64,000 bases of DNA from a virus. Its lineage: Duplodnaviria; Caudoviricetes. The notes beneath the pieces are model-generated. The model was not told where the DNA came from, did not search any database, and worked only from the letters and a program-made list of their open reading frames with translations. The stretch is from IMG/VR virus record IMGVR_UViG_3300009108_000480; one strand, given 5' to 3'. The position numbers and the translations under genes were made by a program. Positions 10,002-19,629 of the stretch are shown in pieces. The first letter of the stretch is position 1. Each line of letters opens with the position of its first letter.

Positions 10002-11368
10002 AAGTTTTTACACTCCGTCCAAAATTCCGCCATTTCTGGAAACGTATTTTCAAAATGCGTTCCACGTCTGCGATCATGTTCGTTAAAAAATGCGTAAAAG
10101 TTCTTTTTATTTTGCGTATTATCGTTTTTATTATTGCGCCAATAAGCTAAATTGCGTAACATTTTTTGAATTTCAAAATCTTTGAATCCTCCAAACCCTT
10201 CATCTTCGCCAGAAAATTCTCTCATATATTCTATATTCGCTTTGTGTATCTCTTGATACGATTCTGGCAATAAAGTTATCTGTTGCCATGCTGGTTGTCT
10301 TAATAATGGTATGTCAAACCATACTCTTTGATACGTTTTTGAATGCTTTTCTCTTAACAAACGTATATCTCTTAATAAATCATTTAAACTAGTAACACTT
10401 AAATTATTATAGGTAATAATAAACGTTATAGAATTACGCACTGGTATACGTTCCAAAAATTCATCCACATTATCCAACATACGATTAAAATCTAATCCAT
10501 AACGTATGTATTCTGCTTTTTTGCCATATGCATCTACTGATACGAATTGCATCATATGTTCTACTGCTTCATTTAAACATATTCTTTTAACCATATCAAA
10601 ATACTTGTTTTTTAATTTTTCATCTGGTGGACAGAAATTTGACGTTACGTTTAAATGTAAATCGGGTTTAGGGTGATATGTAATGTATTCAAGTACTTCA
10701 TATGTATTTTTATCCATTAAAGGTTCACCCCCTGTCATTCTGAAATGTTTTAAATTTTTATATAACGTAGGCCACCATCTCCAAAATGCATCAACATATG
10801 GATTATGTTCTCTATGAGGAATAGGTCTACGTCTGCCAGTAAAATGTTCTGGAGCGTTGTGGGGAGGAGACGTTGGATATTGGCCATATACAGCAATCTC
10901 CTGTCCCCACGTGGTCGAGAATTGAGGTGAACAATAAGAACACTTGAGGTTACAAGCATTATTAAAATTAACTTCTACGTATCTCGGCGTCCATCCTGAG
11001 TCAATTGGTTTATTTTTAATCGACTCAAAATCTTGTATAGCCCATGGTTCACCTGAACGATACTGTCTATCTGACATTTGTCCAGTATCTTCTATATTCC
11101 AGCAATAAGAACATCCTTCAGGACGTTCACCATTGAGCATTTGTTGTCTTTGTTTTAATTTCTCCGGTGTATTATGTAATTCAGCAGGGTTACTATCTAA
11201 ATTTGTAGAATCTATTTGGTGCAAAGGTGGATGATAACAGCTATTTGTTAATCCTGTAGGCAGATGTAATGAAACTTGATTCCATTTAGCCAAACACATA
11301 GTAGGAGAAATTGTTTCTAATTTCTTTGCGGCAACTAGAGCATCTGATTTATAATCACTTTGTTTCAC
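9998..11368 (-). CDS. Radical SAM enzyme 5 with N-terminal Cys-rich domain
   Basis: CNLKCSYC, TGGEP; N-terminal CLAKW...SCYH...CSYC. Start revised from 11437 to GTG at 11368, which follows an AAGGAG Shine-Dalgarno. Confidence 0.9.
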   Translation of the reverse strand: MKQSDYKSDALVAAKKLETISPTMCLAKWNQVSLHLPTGLTNSCYHPPLHQIDSTNLDSNPAELHNTPEKLKQRQQMLNGERPEGCSYCWNIEDTGQMSDRQYRSGEPWAIQDFESIKNKPIDSGWTPRYVEVNFNNACNLKCSYCSPQFSTTWGQEIAVYGQYPTSPPHNAPEHFTGRRRPIPHREHNPYVDAFWRWWPTLYKNLKHFRMTGGEPLMDKNTYEVLEYITYHPKPDLHLNVTSNFCPPDEKLKNKYFDMVKRICLNEAVEHMMQFVSVDAYGKKAEYIRYGLDFNRMLDNVDEFLERIPVRNSITFIITYNNLSVTSLNDLLRDIRLLREKHSKTYQRVWFDIPLLRQPAWQQITLLPESYQEIHKANIEYMREFSGEDEGFGGFKDFEIQKMLRNLAYWRNNKNDNTQNKKNFYAFFNEHDRRRGTHFENTFPEMAEFWTECKNL

Positions 11369-12248
11369 GATCTTGTACTCCTTTATTAATATGTTGTGGC
11401 ATACAGAATTTAAACAATTTACTTTCGTCGGCATCATAGTCTGCTACTGGCAAATCCAATCTTCGTCTTACTGATTCTCCATATGCTTGTAAATCCGTTC
11501 CAATATCTTCAACAGTTTTAGTAAATACACTGGCCATTTGTTCCATATCTCTTACTTCAAGAATATTTGCTCCTCTAACAGTTGTTGCATAACAACCCAT
11601 TCTTGCACCTAACATAGCAAATCGACCATATTCCATATCAGCACCTACACTCATCCATGTTATTAACACCCGCAAGTTCGAAGGCTGAATTAATTTTTTA
11701 AAATGCATTGGTGCAACAGGTAATCCTTGTTCTAAACTCATTTTAGTACCTTCTCGATATCCTGCAATAAAAGCCTGTTGTGGATCTACATTTATAATTG
11801 TTGTTGAATAACAATTATGCAAATTTTCATGAGGTACTGTCCAACAAAAATCAATTTGTGCTTTTTCACTATCTGCATTTTCATGAGTTTTCATTTGTAA
11901 ACACGTTTCTTTATCCCAACCTACTAACCCACCATTGCCATATACTAAACCATTTACATTATTTTTTGCTCTCCAACGATGTACAGCTTTTGGATTTGTT
12001 TTTGTCCAATCTAATGATTCTAATAAAAATGCTTCATCTATAATATTATCACCATCAACTGATATGAAAAAATCTGTTTCTGCTTTTTCTGCCGCGGCTT
12101 TGTGTGCATTGTCAAATCCTACAACACCATCTATTCTTTTTGCCCAAGGTACTTTGCTTAATAAGTCTGCCCAATTTTCTTCCTTATTGGGTTCCTTATA
12201 GCTGATATAAACAAAGTCTAAATCTGATATTCTTATTCTATCCGCCAT
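11355..12248 (-). CDS. Glycosyltransferase-like protein (GT-A fold)
   Basis: FVYISYKEP N-terminal strand, AHKAAA...TDFFISVDGDN (DxD motif). Confidence 0.6.
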   Translation of the reverse strand: MADRIRISDLDFVYISYKEPNKEENWADLLSKVPWAKRIDGVVGFDNAHKAAAEKAETDFFISVDGDNIIDEAFLLESLDWTKTNPKAVHRWRAKNNVNGLVYGNGGLVGWDKETCLQMKTHENADSEKAQIDFCWTVPHENLHNCYSTTIINVDPQQAFIAGYREGTKMSLEQGLPVAPMHFKKLIQPSNLRVLITWMSVGADMEYGRFAMLGARMGCYATTVRGANILEVRDMEQMASVFTKTVEDIGTDLQAYGESVRRRLDLPVADYDADESKLFKFCMPQHINKGVQDRETK

Positions 12249-12529
12249 TCAAATCCTTCTCTATTATGTCCTATTACCCAATATGGATCCCCATTATAAA
12301 AATGATAACCTACCTCTGCTAAATGTAGTGTTGGTTGTAATTGTTCTGCAGGAATACGCTTTTTTCTTGTAATTTTTTTGTCTTTATATTCAAAGTTTTC
12401 TATTCCTGCATTAATAACTTGTAAATATTGTTCTAAAGTCACTTCTATTTTTTCTTTATTAAAAGTAAGATAATGTTTTTTAGGTGGAGTAGGCTTAAAC
12501 TCTTCTAATGCTTTCCAAAAATTAGTCAT
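12233..12529 (-). CDS. Hypothetical protein
   Basis: 98-aa ORF overlapping both neighbours in the operon. Confidence 0.7.
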   Translation of the reverse strand: MTNFWKALEEFKPTPPKKHYLTFNKEKIEVTLEQYLQVINAGIENFEYKDKKITRKKRIPAEQLQPTLHLAEVGYHFYNGDPYWVIGHNREGFEWRIE

Positions 12530-13334
12530 AAAATTCCTTTATTAATTTTTTATTATGATAATGAAATATTCTTGATTGTTTATAACCACCTGAATATATG
12601 TATTCTCCAACTAAAGGATGACCTACCATCATTGTATATAGATATTGATCATTAATATATGCACGACTTAATCCATTTACTCCACTTTTATTATGCATAA
12701 AATTAAACCATTCAAATTTGATTTGTTTTTCACACAATGGATCTTGAATTTTTAGTGCAAGAGCATAAACAACATCTGTTGTTGAGTGTTTATCATGACA
12801 ATTTATTAAAAATGTATCTCTAACTGTATTCCAATTTAACATAATATCTTTACAAATATTATAAAATGATTGTGCTTGTTTACTTTTTCTAAAATAAGTT
12901 AATCCATTGTATACATCTGGCAAATTATTTGTTTTAAAAAGTTTTCTATAAGGTGTATTAGTAATAATTGTATCTCTATAACATCTAACATGATACGAAA
13001 ACACCATATTATGCTGATGCAAATAATTCCACCACCAGTCTGTATTTGATGTGAACAACATATCTGCTTCTAATTTAATTGTATGTTTAAAAGGTGTTAA
13101 ATTAAAAATTTGCCACTCATTATTCATCTTCCATTCTTGATCTTTACTATAATCATTTTTTAATACAATAACTTTATCAATTTCTTCTTTATGTTCTACA
13201 GGTTTATCAGTAATAACACATACTTGATTATGCTTGTTATGTTTTTTAATAGAACTTGCAAGTTTTTTGCTTAATTCTACATAGTCAGTTGTAGAATTGT
13301 TCAATGCAAACCAAACATATCCTCTATCAGACAT
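12522..13334 (-). CDS. Glycosyltransferase-like protein (GT8-like)
   Basis: RGYVWFA...LASSIKK...VCVITD, TPFKHTIKLEADMLF (DxD-type motif), YNGLTYF. Confidence 0.65.
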   Translation of the reverse strand: MSDRGYVWFALNNSTTDYVELSKKLASSIKKHNKHNQVCVITDKPVEHKEEIDKVIVLKNDYSKDQEWKMNNEWQIFNLTPFKHTIKLEADMLFTSNTDWWWNYLHQHNMVFSYHVRCYRDTIITNTPYRKLFKTNNLPDVYNGLTYFRKSKQAQSFYNICKDIMLNWNTVRDTFLINCHDKHSTTDVVYALALKIQDPLCEKQIKFEWFNFMHNKSGVNGLSRAYINDQYLYTMMVGHPLVGEYIYSGGYKQSRIFHYHNKKLIKEFYD

Positions 13335-14091
13335 TTACAAACTCCTTATCCATTACATGAACATCTTGTAATTCTGTTATACCAACTTTTTTGCCATATT
13401 TAAATGTGACTCCTGTATCTGACATATCTAACACATCAACTTCGTGTGCTAACATTGCCATTGGAGTAGGAATAAAGTTTTTATGAGAAATCATTCCATT
13501 AAGTTGATGTAGTGCAATTGCAAATGCAAAATCATTTCTATAATTTCTATATTTGATCCGATATAAATTTCTATAATGCTCATAACGTTTTTGTATTAAC
13601 TGAATTAAATCAAACATCTGCTTTGCAAAAGTTGATTTACGAAATATTGTTACTGTTGCCCAAACTATTGGTACAGTTGATTCATTTTTTCCTTCAATCA
13701 TATCTTCACCAGTTAAATCGTGTACTTTATTATGAAGTAAAAAATCATAATCTGTGTTTGTGTATGTTAAAAGATTATCTGTAAACACAAAATAATCACA
13801 ATCCATAAGAATAGTAGTATCATAAGGTGAATGTTCGTATGCTAAACTTCTTTCTAAATTATGCCAAGCAATATTTTTTCCACGATAACTTCGTCTATTA
13901 CCGACTGCATTGTCTACTAGTTTATAATTTATAAACCCTAACGGTTTGAATTGTTTATAAGTTTCAATATTAGTGACTACTGTTATTTCTAATTTTAAAT
14001 GTTTTTGTATTTGTGCGATACATCGTTCTGCTAACAAATGATAGTTAACTTCCGGTGTATTGAAACAGTACATTAATACACCTGTAGTCAT
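13327..14091 (-). CDS. Glycosyltransferase-like protein (GT8-like)
   Basis: SPYDTTILMDCDYFVF (DxD) and RNDFAFAIAL; appears paralogous to 12522-13334. Confidence 0.65.
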   Translation of the reverse strand: MTTGVLMYCFNTPEVNYHLLAERCIAQIQKHLKLEITVVTNIETYKQFKPLGFINYKLVDNAVGNRRSYRGKNIAWHNLERSLAYEHSPYDTTILMDCDYFVFTDNLLTYTNTDYDFLLHNKVHDLTGEDMIEGKNESTVPIVWATVTIFRKSTFAKQMFDLIQLIQKRYEHYRNLYRIKYRNYRNDFAFAIALHQLNGMISHKNFIPTPMAMLAHEVDVLDMSDTGVTFKYGKKVGITELQDVHVMDKEFVNV

Positions 14092-14408
14092 TTGAGCCTT
14101 TTGTTTTTCAGATCCTCGTGTAATTGATGATAGGTATTAAGTGTTTCTTGATTTCTTTCAATTAATATTCTCAAAAATTCATCTGGATCTGTTATGTGAC
14201 AAGGATTATCGTTAGTGTCCAACATATAAAAATCTTTAGAATGTGCTTTAAATGTTTGAACTACATTTATGGTTTCAGCATTGGCTTGAAAAAGCCTGCC
14301 ATTATATGCCACAATCTGCCTGCTCCGCATTTTTTCCAGAGCATTCTTTTTAATTTGTGCTAGATCATGTGCTAGATCAGAATAGTCTTTAAGGGTGCCA
14401 ATATCCAT
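14088..14408 (-). CDS. Hypothetical protein
   Basis: 106-aa ORF coupled to the downstream glycosyltransferase gene. Confidence 0.7.
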   Translation of the reverse strand: MDIGTLKDYSDLAHDLAQIKKNALEKMRSRQIVAYNGRLFQANAETINVVQTFKAHSKDFYMLDTNDNPCHITDPDEFLRILIERNQETLNTYHQLHEDLKNKRLK

Positions 14409-14469
14409 AACTGTATTATACAGTTAATTATTAACATAGTCAATATGGTAAAATGTTTTTGATTAATTA

Positions 14470-15450
14470 TTACGTTGTGGTATTACTTACAACTGCACTT
14501 GAGGCAATCGACGCTACTGACGCCAACCCTTGTGCTGTCGTTGGATTCATTGTATGAGTAGCAAAATCTGTTATACCAATAAATTCTGCATTTACATCAA
14601 CTGAACTTAAATTACCAGAAGTGTAAGCCGCATCTGTGGTATCTACATCATTTAATGTGTATTTCATTGTTACTGTAACTGCTGTACCAATTGCCGCATC
14701 TAATTTTGCTTCTACTTGAACAAACATTGTAGTATACGTACCTGAACTTTGTGTAAGTTTTATTAATGTTGCATAACTCGTACTTAAATCTCTAACACCA
14801 GTTGTAGAACCGTCTGTTGTTAACGTTTCTCCAGATCCTGATCTACTTGATGTTGTTTGTTTTAAATCAAAGTTACCAATTGCTGTAATTAATTCATCGA
14901 CTGAACTATCTTTTGATGTTGCAGTTGAACCACCTGCTGTTCCACCACTATTTCTAGTAAATTTCATTCTCATTTTTCCGCCTGAATTAAAAAAGTGTCT
15001 TAAATCTGTGTTATTTGAAAATGTAATTGAATGTTCTACTACGTGTGTACCATTCCATCTTGTACTTGAAACTGAACTTTGTAATTCTGCTGATTCCGAT
15101 ACGGCTGTTGCATTTGGACATCCTGCCGCAACTGATGCCGCTAGTGTATTTAAATCTGTTTGTATTGCCGCCACTGCCGCAATTGTATTACCAGCTGATC
15201 TTTGTGTTGTTGATGTTATTGAATCATTTGTGTGATTTGCAATATTATCCATCTGTGTAAATAATGAATTCCATTGTGCCGCTGTAATTGTTTGACCTGC
15301 GGCTACTGATACTAAATGAGTTTGCCCTGTGCCGTACTCACCTGCTCCTGTTCCACCTATGTGGTTAATTCCGTATGCTCCTGCTGAACTACCGTTTAAA
15401 AAACTTTCATAGTGATCGTCTAAAATTGAATCCCCTGTTGCGTATGCCAT
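14470..15450 (-). CDS. Virion structural or fibre-associated protein (Ser/Thr-rich)
   Basis: MAYATGD start; S/T/G/A-rich composition; lies within the fibre gene block. Confidence 0.65.
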   Translation of the reverse strand: MAYATGDSILDDHYESFLNGSSAGAYGINHIGGTGAGEYGTGQTHLVSVAAGQTITAAQWNSLFTQMDNIANHTNDSITSTTQRSAGNTIAAVAAIQTDLNTLAASVAAGCPNATAVSESAELQSSVSSTRWNGTHVVEHSITFSNNTDLRHFFNSGGKMRMKFTRNSGGTAGGSTATSKDSSVDELITAIGNFDLKQTTSSRSGSGETLTTDGSTTGVRDLSTSYATLIKLTQSSGTYTTMFVQVEAKLDAAIGTAVTVTMKYTLNDVDTTDAAYTSGNLSSVDVNAEFIGITDFATHTMNPTTAQGLASVASIASSAVVSNTTT

Positions 15451-15454
15451 ATTG

Positions 15455-17104
15455 CTATTTAACTCCTATTACACATTCCGTTAATATTGTATCTACTGAA
15501 TATTTATCCTTTATTAGTCTTCCTAGCACATTAAAAGCCGTACATTCATCAATTGATGCTACTTTTCCTATACCATTTCCTGCTGAAACGATACGATCTC
15601 CAGCATTTCCTTTTCCTTTAATTTTAACAAGTACTCTTCCTTTAAGTGCTATCATTGGATGAGAATCATTATTTCCTGCTTGAGAATTCATTAAAAATGC
15701 CGGAGAATTACTTACAACTCCAAAAACTTTGTCACATAATTCTTTGTTACATTTAGTAACTTCTGCTTCTCCACCTAACATAACAACATCTCCAACTTCC
15801 AATTGCATATCTGACTCATATCTTTCTGCCAAATCCGCATACATGGCACTTGTTGTTTGTGCGTGTACTACATTTGCTCGTATATCAACCAATGTTGCCG
15901 CTGATAATTCAGCTCCATCTCCACCACCTGATTTAAATGCTGTCCAGGCTCCTCCTGCATTTCCGTATAGTGTTGTGCCATCATCTGCAAATGTTTCATC
16001 CCAAACCCAAAATAAATCTTGCTCAGTTGCAACTGACGTTTCACCTCTGTTTACTTTCAAACCTGTGTAGTTTGGCATTCCTGCATTTGAAGAAATATTT
16101 CTGTTTAATTCTATAATATTGTCTTCAACTCTTAATGTTGATGTATTCACCGTAGTTGTTACACCATCAACTGTTAAATTCCCTTTAATTCTTATATCTC
16201 CAACAGTAGGGAGTTCTAATCTTCCTGTTGACCCATCCATTGTCATTATAGTAGTTGTGTCACCACCTTGATTAACTGTAAAAATAATATCTTTATTAAT
16301 AGTAGTTTGTGCGATTGTAAAGTTATCACTGCTCATAGACATTGTAATATCTGAACCTGCACCTAAAATTATTCCTGTATCATTTGCAATAGTAAATGAA
16401 CCAGTAGTACTATCATTTTGATCTGATCTCAAATAATTTGCCGCCGCAACTCCGCCTAATTTATCTGAATCTGTTGCAAGTCCTCTAAATTTTACATTTG
16501 CAACTGACGATGATAATTGAATACCTTGTGATATTGTAGAAAATCCTGCTGTAATTAAAGCCGCAGAATTTGTTTCAGTTGCGTGTGGAGTAAATGCTTC
16601 TCCTGATACTACAAACACTACTGTATCTTCCTGTACACCTTTTAATATTGATTTGTTTACTCCTGCATTATCTTGTATGGTTTCACCAATCATTGCTGTT
16701 ACGCCTGATCCTGCAATTGTTGTTGGTCCAATTAATGACCATCCTGTACCTGTATAAACATATAATTGTGTGTTACCTGTATCAAACCATAAATCACCTT
16801 GTGATGCATTAGTAGGTGATGACGTTGAGTTAGTTGTTGATCCTACTGGTTTCCATTTTGTACCAGTATAGATATTAATTTGTTTATTTGTTTGATCGTA
16901 CCACAGCTGACCTGTTATTTTATTTGACGGTGCCGATGTATTATTAAAATTTTCAAGAAGTTTTACGAAATTTTCATTTAATTTCTCACCAAATCCTGCA
17001 TAACCTTTTCCAAAGAGTGCAAGATCCGTAGTAGTGGTATCTAACGTACCGTCTGCTAATGAAACTATTTTAGTTCCAAATGTGTTGTTTATTTCGTAAG
17101 CCAT
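15455..17104 (-). CDS. Tail fibre/appendage protein with C-terminal Peptidase_G2-like autocleaving chaperone
   Basis: N-terminal LFGKGYAGFGE...NENF...GQLWYD domain shared with two paralogs; C-terminal SAMYADLAERY...VFGVVSNSPAFLMN...IALKGRV. Confidence 0.75.
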   Translation of the reverse strand: MAYEINNTFGTKIVSLADGTLDTTTTDLALFGKGYAGFGEKLNENFVKLLENFNNTSAPSNKITGQLWYDQTNKQINIYTGTKWKPVGSTTNSTSSPTNASQGDLWFDTGNTQLYVYTGTGWSLIGPTTIAGSGVTAMIGETIQDNAGVNKSILKGVQEDTVVFVVSGEAFTPHATETNSAALITAGFSTISQGIQLSSSVANVKFRGLATDSDKLGGVAAANYLRSDQNDSTTGSFTIANDTGIILGAGSDITMSMSSDNFTIAQTTINKDIIFTVNQGGDTTTIMTMDGSTGRLELPTVGDIRIKGNLTVDGVTTTVNTSTLRVEDNIIELNRNISSNAGMPNYTGLKVNRGETSVATEQDLFWVWDETFADDGTTLYGNAGGAWTAFKSGGGDGAELSAATLVDIRANVVHAQTTSAMYADLAERYESDMQLEVGDVVMLGGEAEVTKCNKELCDKVFGVVSNSPAFLMNSQAGNNDSHPMIALKGRVLVKIKGKGNAGDRIVSAGNGIGKVASIDECTAFNVLGRLIKDKYSVDTILTECVIGVK

Positions 17105-17289
17105 TATTCTGCGTCCCTTATGTCAACTAACATTGTAACATCACCGAATACTTCAATTAATATTTCAGATAAAAATATTGGAACTTTACTATTGACTATT
17201 GAATTTCTAAGCGTATCTCTTTCTTCAGGAGTTAATGCTACTGACATATTTGCATTAATATAATCTGCACATTCTTGTTTAGTTATCAT
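17104..17289 (-). CDS. Small hypothetical protein (paralog of 17286-17525)
   Basis: GGAG Shine-Dalgarno; MITKQECADYINA; stop overlaps the next ATG. Confidence 0.7.
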   Translation of the reverse strand: MITKQECADYINANMSVALTPEERDTLRNSIVNSKVPIFLSEILIEVFGDVTMLVDIRDAE

Positions 17290-17525
17290 GAACTATTACT
17301 CCTATTCTTTGCAATTTTTTTCACCATTGAAGCTTCACCAATTAATTTCTGTAATATTGTTGCAACTTCTGGTGACATCCATTCCTGAATTACAGAAAGT
17401 CTATTACCTACATAAAATTTTTCAACAAAATGCTGTTGTTCCCGCCAAAAAATGTGATTTGCGTCACCTTCTTCACCAACAAATTGTGCATCAATATATT
17501 CTGTAACTTCTGCTTTTGTTACCAT
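17286..17525 (-). CDS. Small hypothetical protein
   Basis: AAGGAG Shine-Dalgarno; MVTKAEVTEYIDA. Confidence 0.7.
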   Translation of the reverse strand: MVTKAEVTEYIDAQFVGEEGDANHIFWREQQHFVEKFYVGNRLSVIQEWMSPEVATILQKLIGEASMVKKIAKNRSNSS

Positions 17526-17547
17526 TTAGATGTCTCCTTATGCATAT

Positions 17548-19629
17548 TTATTTTCCTTTTATTCCTGCTAGAATGTACAATATTCCAAATACTGTCCACA
17601 TACTATATCCAAGTGTTACCGATTTTGTATCTGTTGTAGTATTTGTAGTTTTACCAATTAAACGGCTTAACCATAGTCCAAATTTCATTATCATTCTACC
17701 TGCTTTGCTATCTTCTGGTAATGTTCCCATTCTATAAGCCATATGTTGTGCCCATGGAGTAGCAATTCTCTTTGCCCAACTTATAGCAAGAGCTTTTTGC
17801 TTCTCACCTCGTGCTTTTTTGTCTCTAATCCAAAACATACATTGTGGACCTTCTTTATCCATCCATTCAACTACAACACTTGCCCATTTGACATAACCAA
17901 AATATGCATAAGGATCGTTCTCACGTAACCACTCTCCAAATTTTTGATCTGCTGTGTATACTTCTTGTGGTAGATAACCTAGCTCGAATAATTTTGTACA
18001 AATAATTTTTGGTTTATTGTGAACACAATATCTATCTGCAAAGTAAGAATGATCTCCTGACACTTCAAAATTATACAATGATAAATCTTTATTTTCAGTC
18101 TCTTTTGATTCTATTGATTTTATTCTTATCATTCCATCTAATGTTTGTATATAATCTCCAATGCTTAATGCACCACTTTCCAATTCATTATATAATTTTG
18201 TTGCTTTTGGATTAATTGATTTCCATCCTTCTTTTGTCCAAAATGGGTGTTCATCAGTAACAAAGAAATTATTACTTCCATTAAAAGCATATAATCGTTG
18301 ATTACCTAAAGTACTAGGTTTTAAAGCGATAACTTCATTATCACTAGTTTTTCCTTTTAGCATATCACCAACTATTACATCTTCAATTTTTATATCTGTG
18401 CCATCTGCCATACGAACCATGGTACCTGCAATGAAACAAGAGTCAGATTTTGTTTCCTTGCAATAACCTTTTACTACTTGCCCATTTGGATCGTTAAGAT
18501 TGTAATCAGCTGGCCAACTACCAGTTTGACATTTATGGGGTGGAACTGGTCTTGATTCTCCACCGCCTCCGGGTGGATTAGCCACTTCTGCTGGAGTGGC
18601 TGGTATAGAACCTCTAACTCCTACCGTACCTGACGTTGTTGAGCCAGTGTCGTCACCAAATCCTGCATAGTTTATAGAAAAATTTACATCGTTAGCAAAT
18701 AAGGCTTTCCATACTCCTGAAACTTTTGTGTATCCTGCAACAAGTGATTTCCATGTTCCTGAAACTTTTTTATGTATTCCTGTAATTTTTTTCCATACAC
18801 CACCAACTTTATAATGTGCTTCTGCTGGTATTGTAAAAATTAAAACTGCTTTTCCGTTTCCACCTGTTTGGGCATGAGCTCCACCTTCTGCTATACCTGA
18901 TGCATAATAACTTACTGCGGTTCCGCCTGGTGTTACACCTGAACCATTAGCTTGAGATCCACCTGCTGGTACAGTATTTGATCCTGCTCTTCCACCAAAT
19001 GCTCCTATATCTCCTGTATCAGCTGATCCGCCTTTTCCGCCATCGGCTCCACCGCCTCCAGCACCTGCACCACCACCTTCTGCACTATGATGGGCACCAT
19101 TTTCTCCTAATGTTCCTGTTGCGTTTGCTGTGGCACTATTTGTATTAGATCCAGCGGCTCCACCTGACTTGGCACCGCCACCGCCACCGCCAGCACCACC
19201 CCCAGCTATGGCTACTATTGTATTGTCAATTGCTTGTCCATTTGTGAATACTGTTACAACTGTGGCTCCGCCACCGCCACCTCCTGATCCTGAGGGATTG
19301 TTTGGCCCTGCCGCACCACCTACACCACCTGAATAGGCTGATAAACTTTTTCCATTTTCTCCACCTTCAGCTCCAGCACCACTTGATCCACCAGCACCAC
19401 CTCCACCTACTGTAACGCTAATATTTTTGACGCCTGCATATGAAGATATATCTAAATTTGTTACTGTAACATATTGGCCAGATGATCCCGGTCCACCATC
19501 TCCAACATCATCACCTCCGCCACCTCCGGCACCACCCCATAAATGTAATGTAAGTGTTGTCGTTCCATGCGGGACTTCGGCTATATGAACTCCACCTGTG
19601 TATATGAATTCTTTGATTATAGTGCTCAT
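17548..19629 (-). CDS. Glycine-rich fibre/adhesin-like protein with Hint domain and hydrophobic C-terminus
   Basis: Poly-Gly GGGGG/GAGGG tracts, three KVxGxWK repeats, CFIAGT...VHNK Hint domain, and a terminal hydrophobic helix. Confidence 0.8.
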   Translation of the reverse strand: MSTIIKEFIYTGGVHIAEVPHGTTTLTLHLWGGAGGGGGDDVGDGGPGSSGQYVTVTNLDISSYAGVKNISVTVGGGGAGGSSGAGAEGGENGKSLSAYSGGVGGAAGPNNPSGSGGGGGGATVVTVFTNGQAIDNTIVAIAGGGAGGGGGGAKSGGAAGSNTNSATANATGTLGENGAHHSAEGGGAGAGGGGADGGKGGSADTGDIGAFGGRAGSNTVPAGGSQANGSGVTPGGTAVSYYASGIAEGGAHAQTGGNGKAVLIFTIPAEAHYKVGGVWKKITGIHKKVSGTWKSLVAGYTKVSGVWKALFANDVNFSINYAGFGDDTGSTTSGTVGVRGSIPATPAEVANPPGGGGESRPVPPHKCQTGSWPADYNLNDPNGQVVKGYCKETKSDSCFIAGTMVRMADGTDIKIEDVIVGDMLKGKTSDNEVIALKPSTLGNQRLYAFNGSNNFFVTDEHPFWTKEGWKSINPKATKLYNELESGALSIGDYIQTLDGMIRIKSIESKETENKDLSLYNFEVSGDHSYFADRYCVHNKPKIICTKLFELGYLPQEVYTADQKFGEWLRENDPYAYFGYVKWASVVVEWMDKEGPQCMFWIRDKKARGEKQKALAISWAKRIATPWAQHMAYRMGTLPEDSKAGRMIMKFGLWLSRLIGKTTNTTTDTKSVTLGYSMWTVFGILYILAGIKGK
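18016..18438 (-). other. Hint (intein-like) autoproteolytic domain, 141 aa, no endonuclease
   Basis: Block A CFIAGTMVRMADG, block B VTDEHPFWT, block F YNFEV...HSYFAD, block G VHN; the +1 residue is Lys. Confidence 0.88.

Noticed and set aside
18016-18438. A true splicing intein or mobile element
   Set aside because: The residue after HN is Lys, not Cys/Ser/Thr; there is no endonuclease; and it is not inserted in a conserved enzyme.
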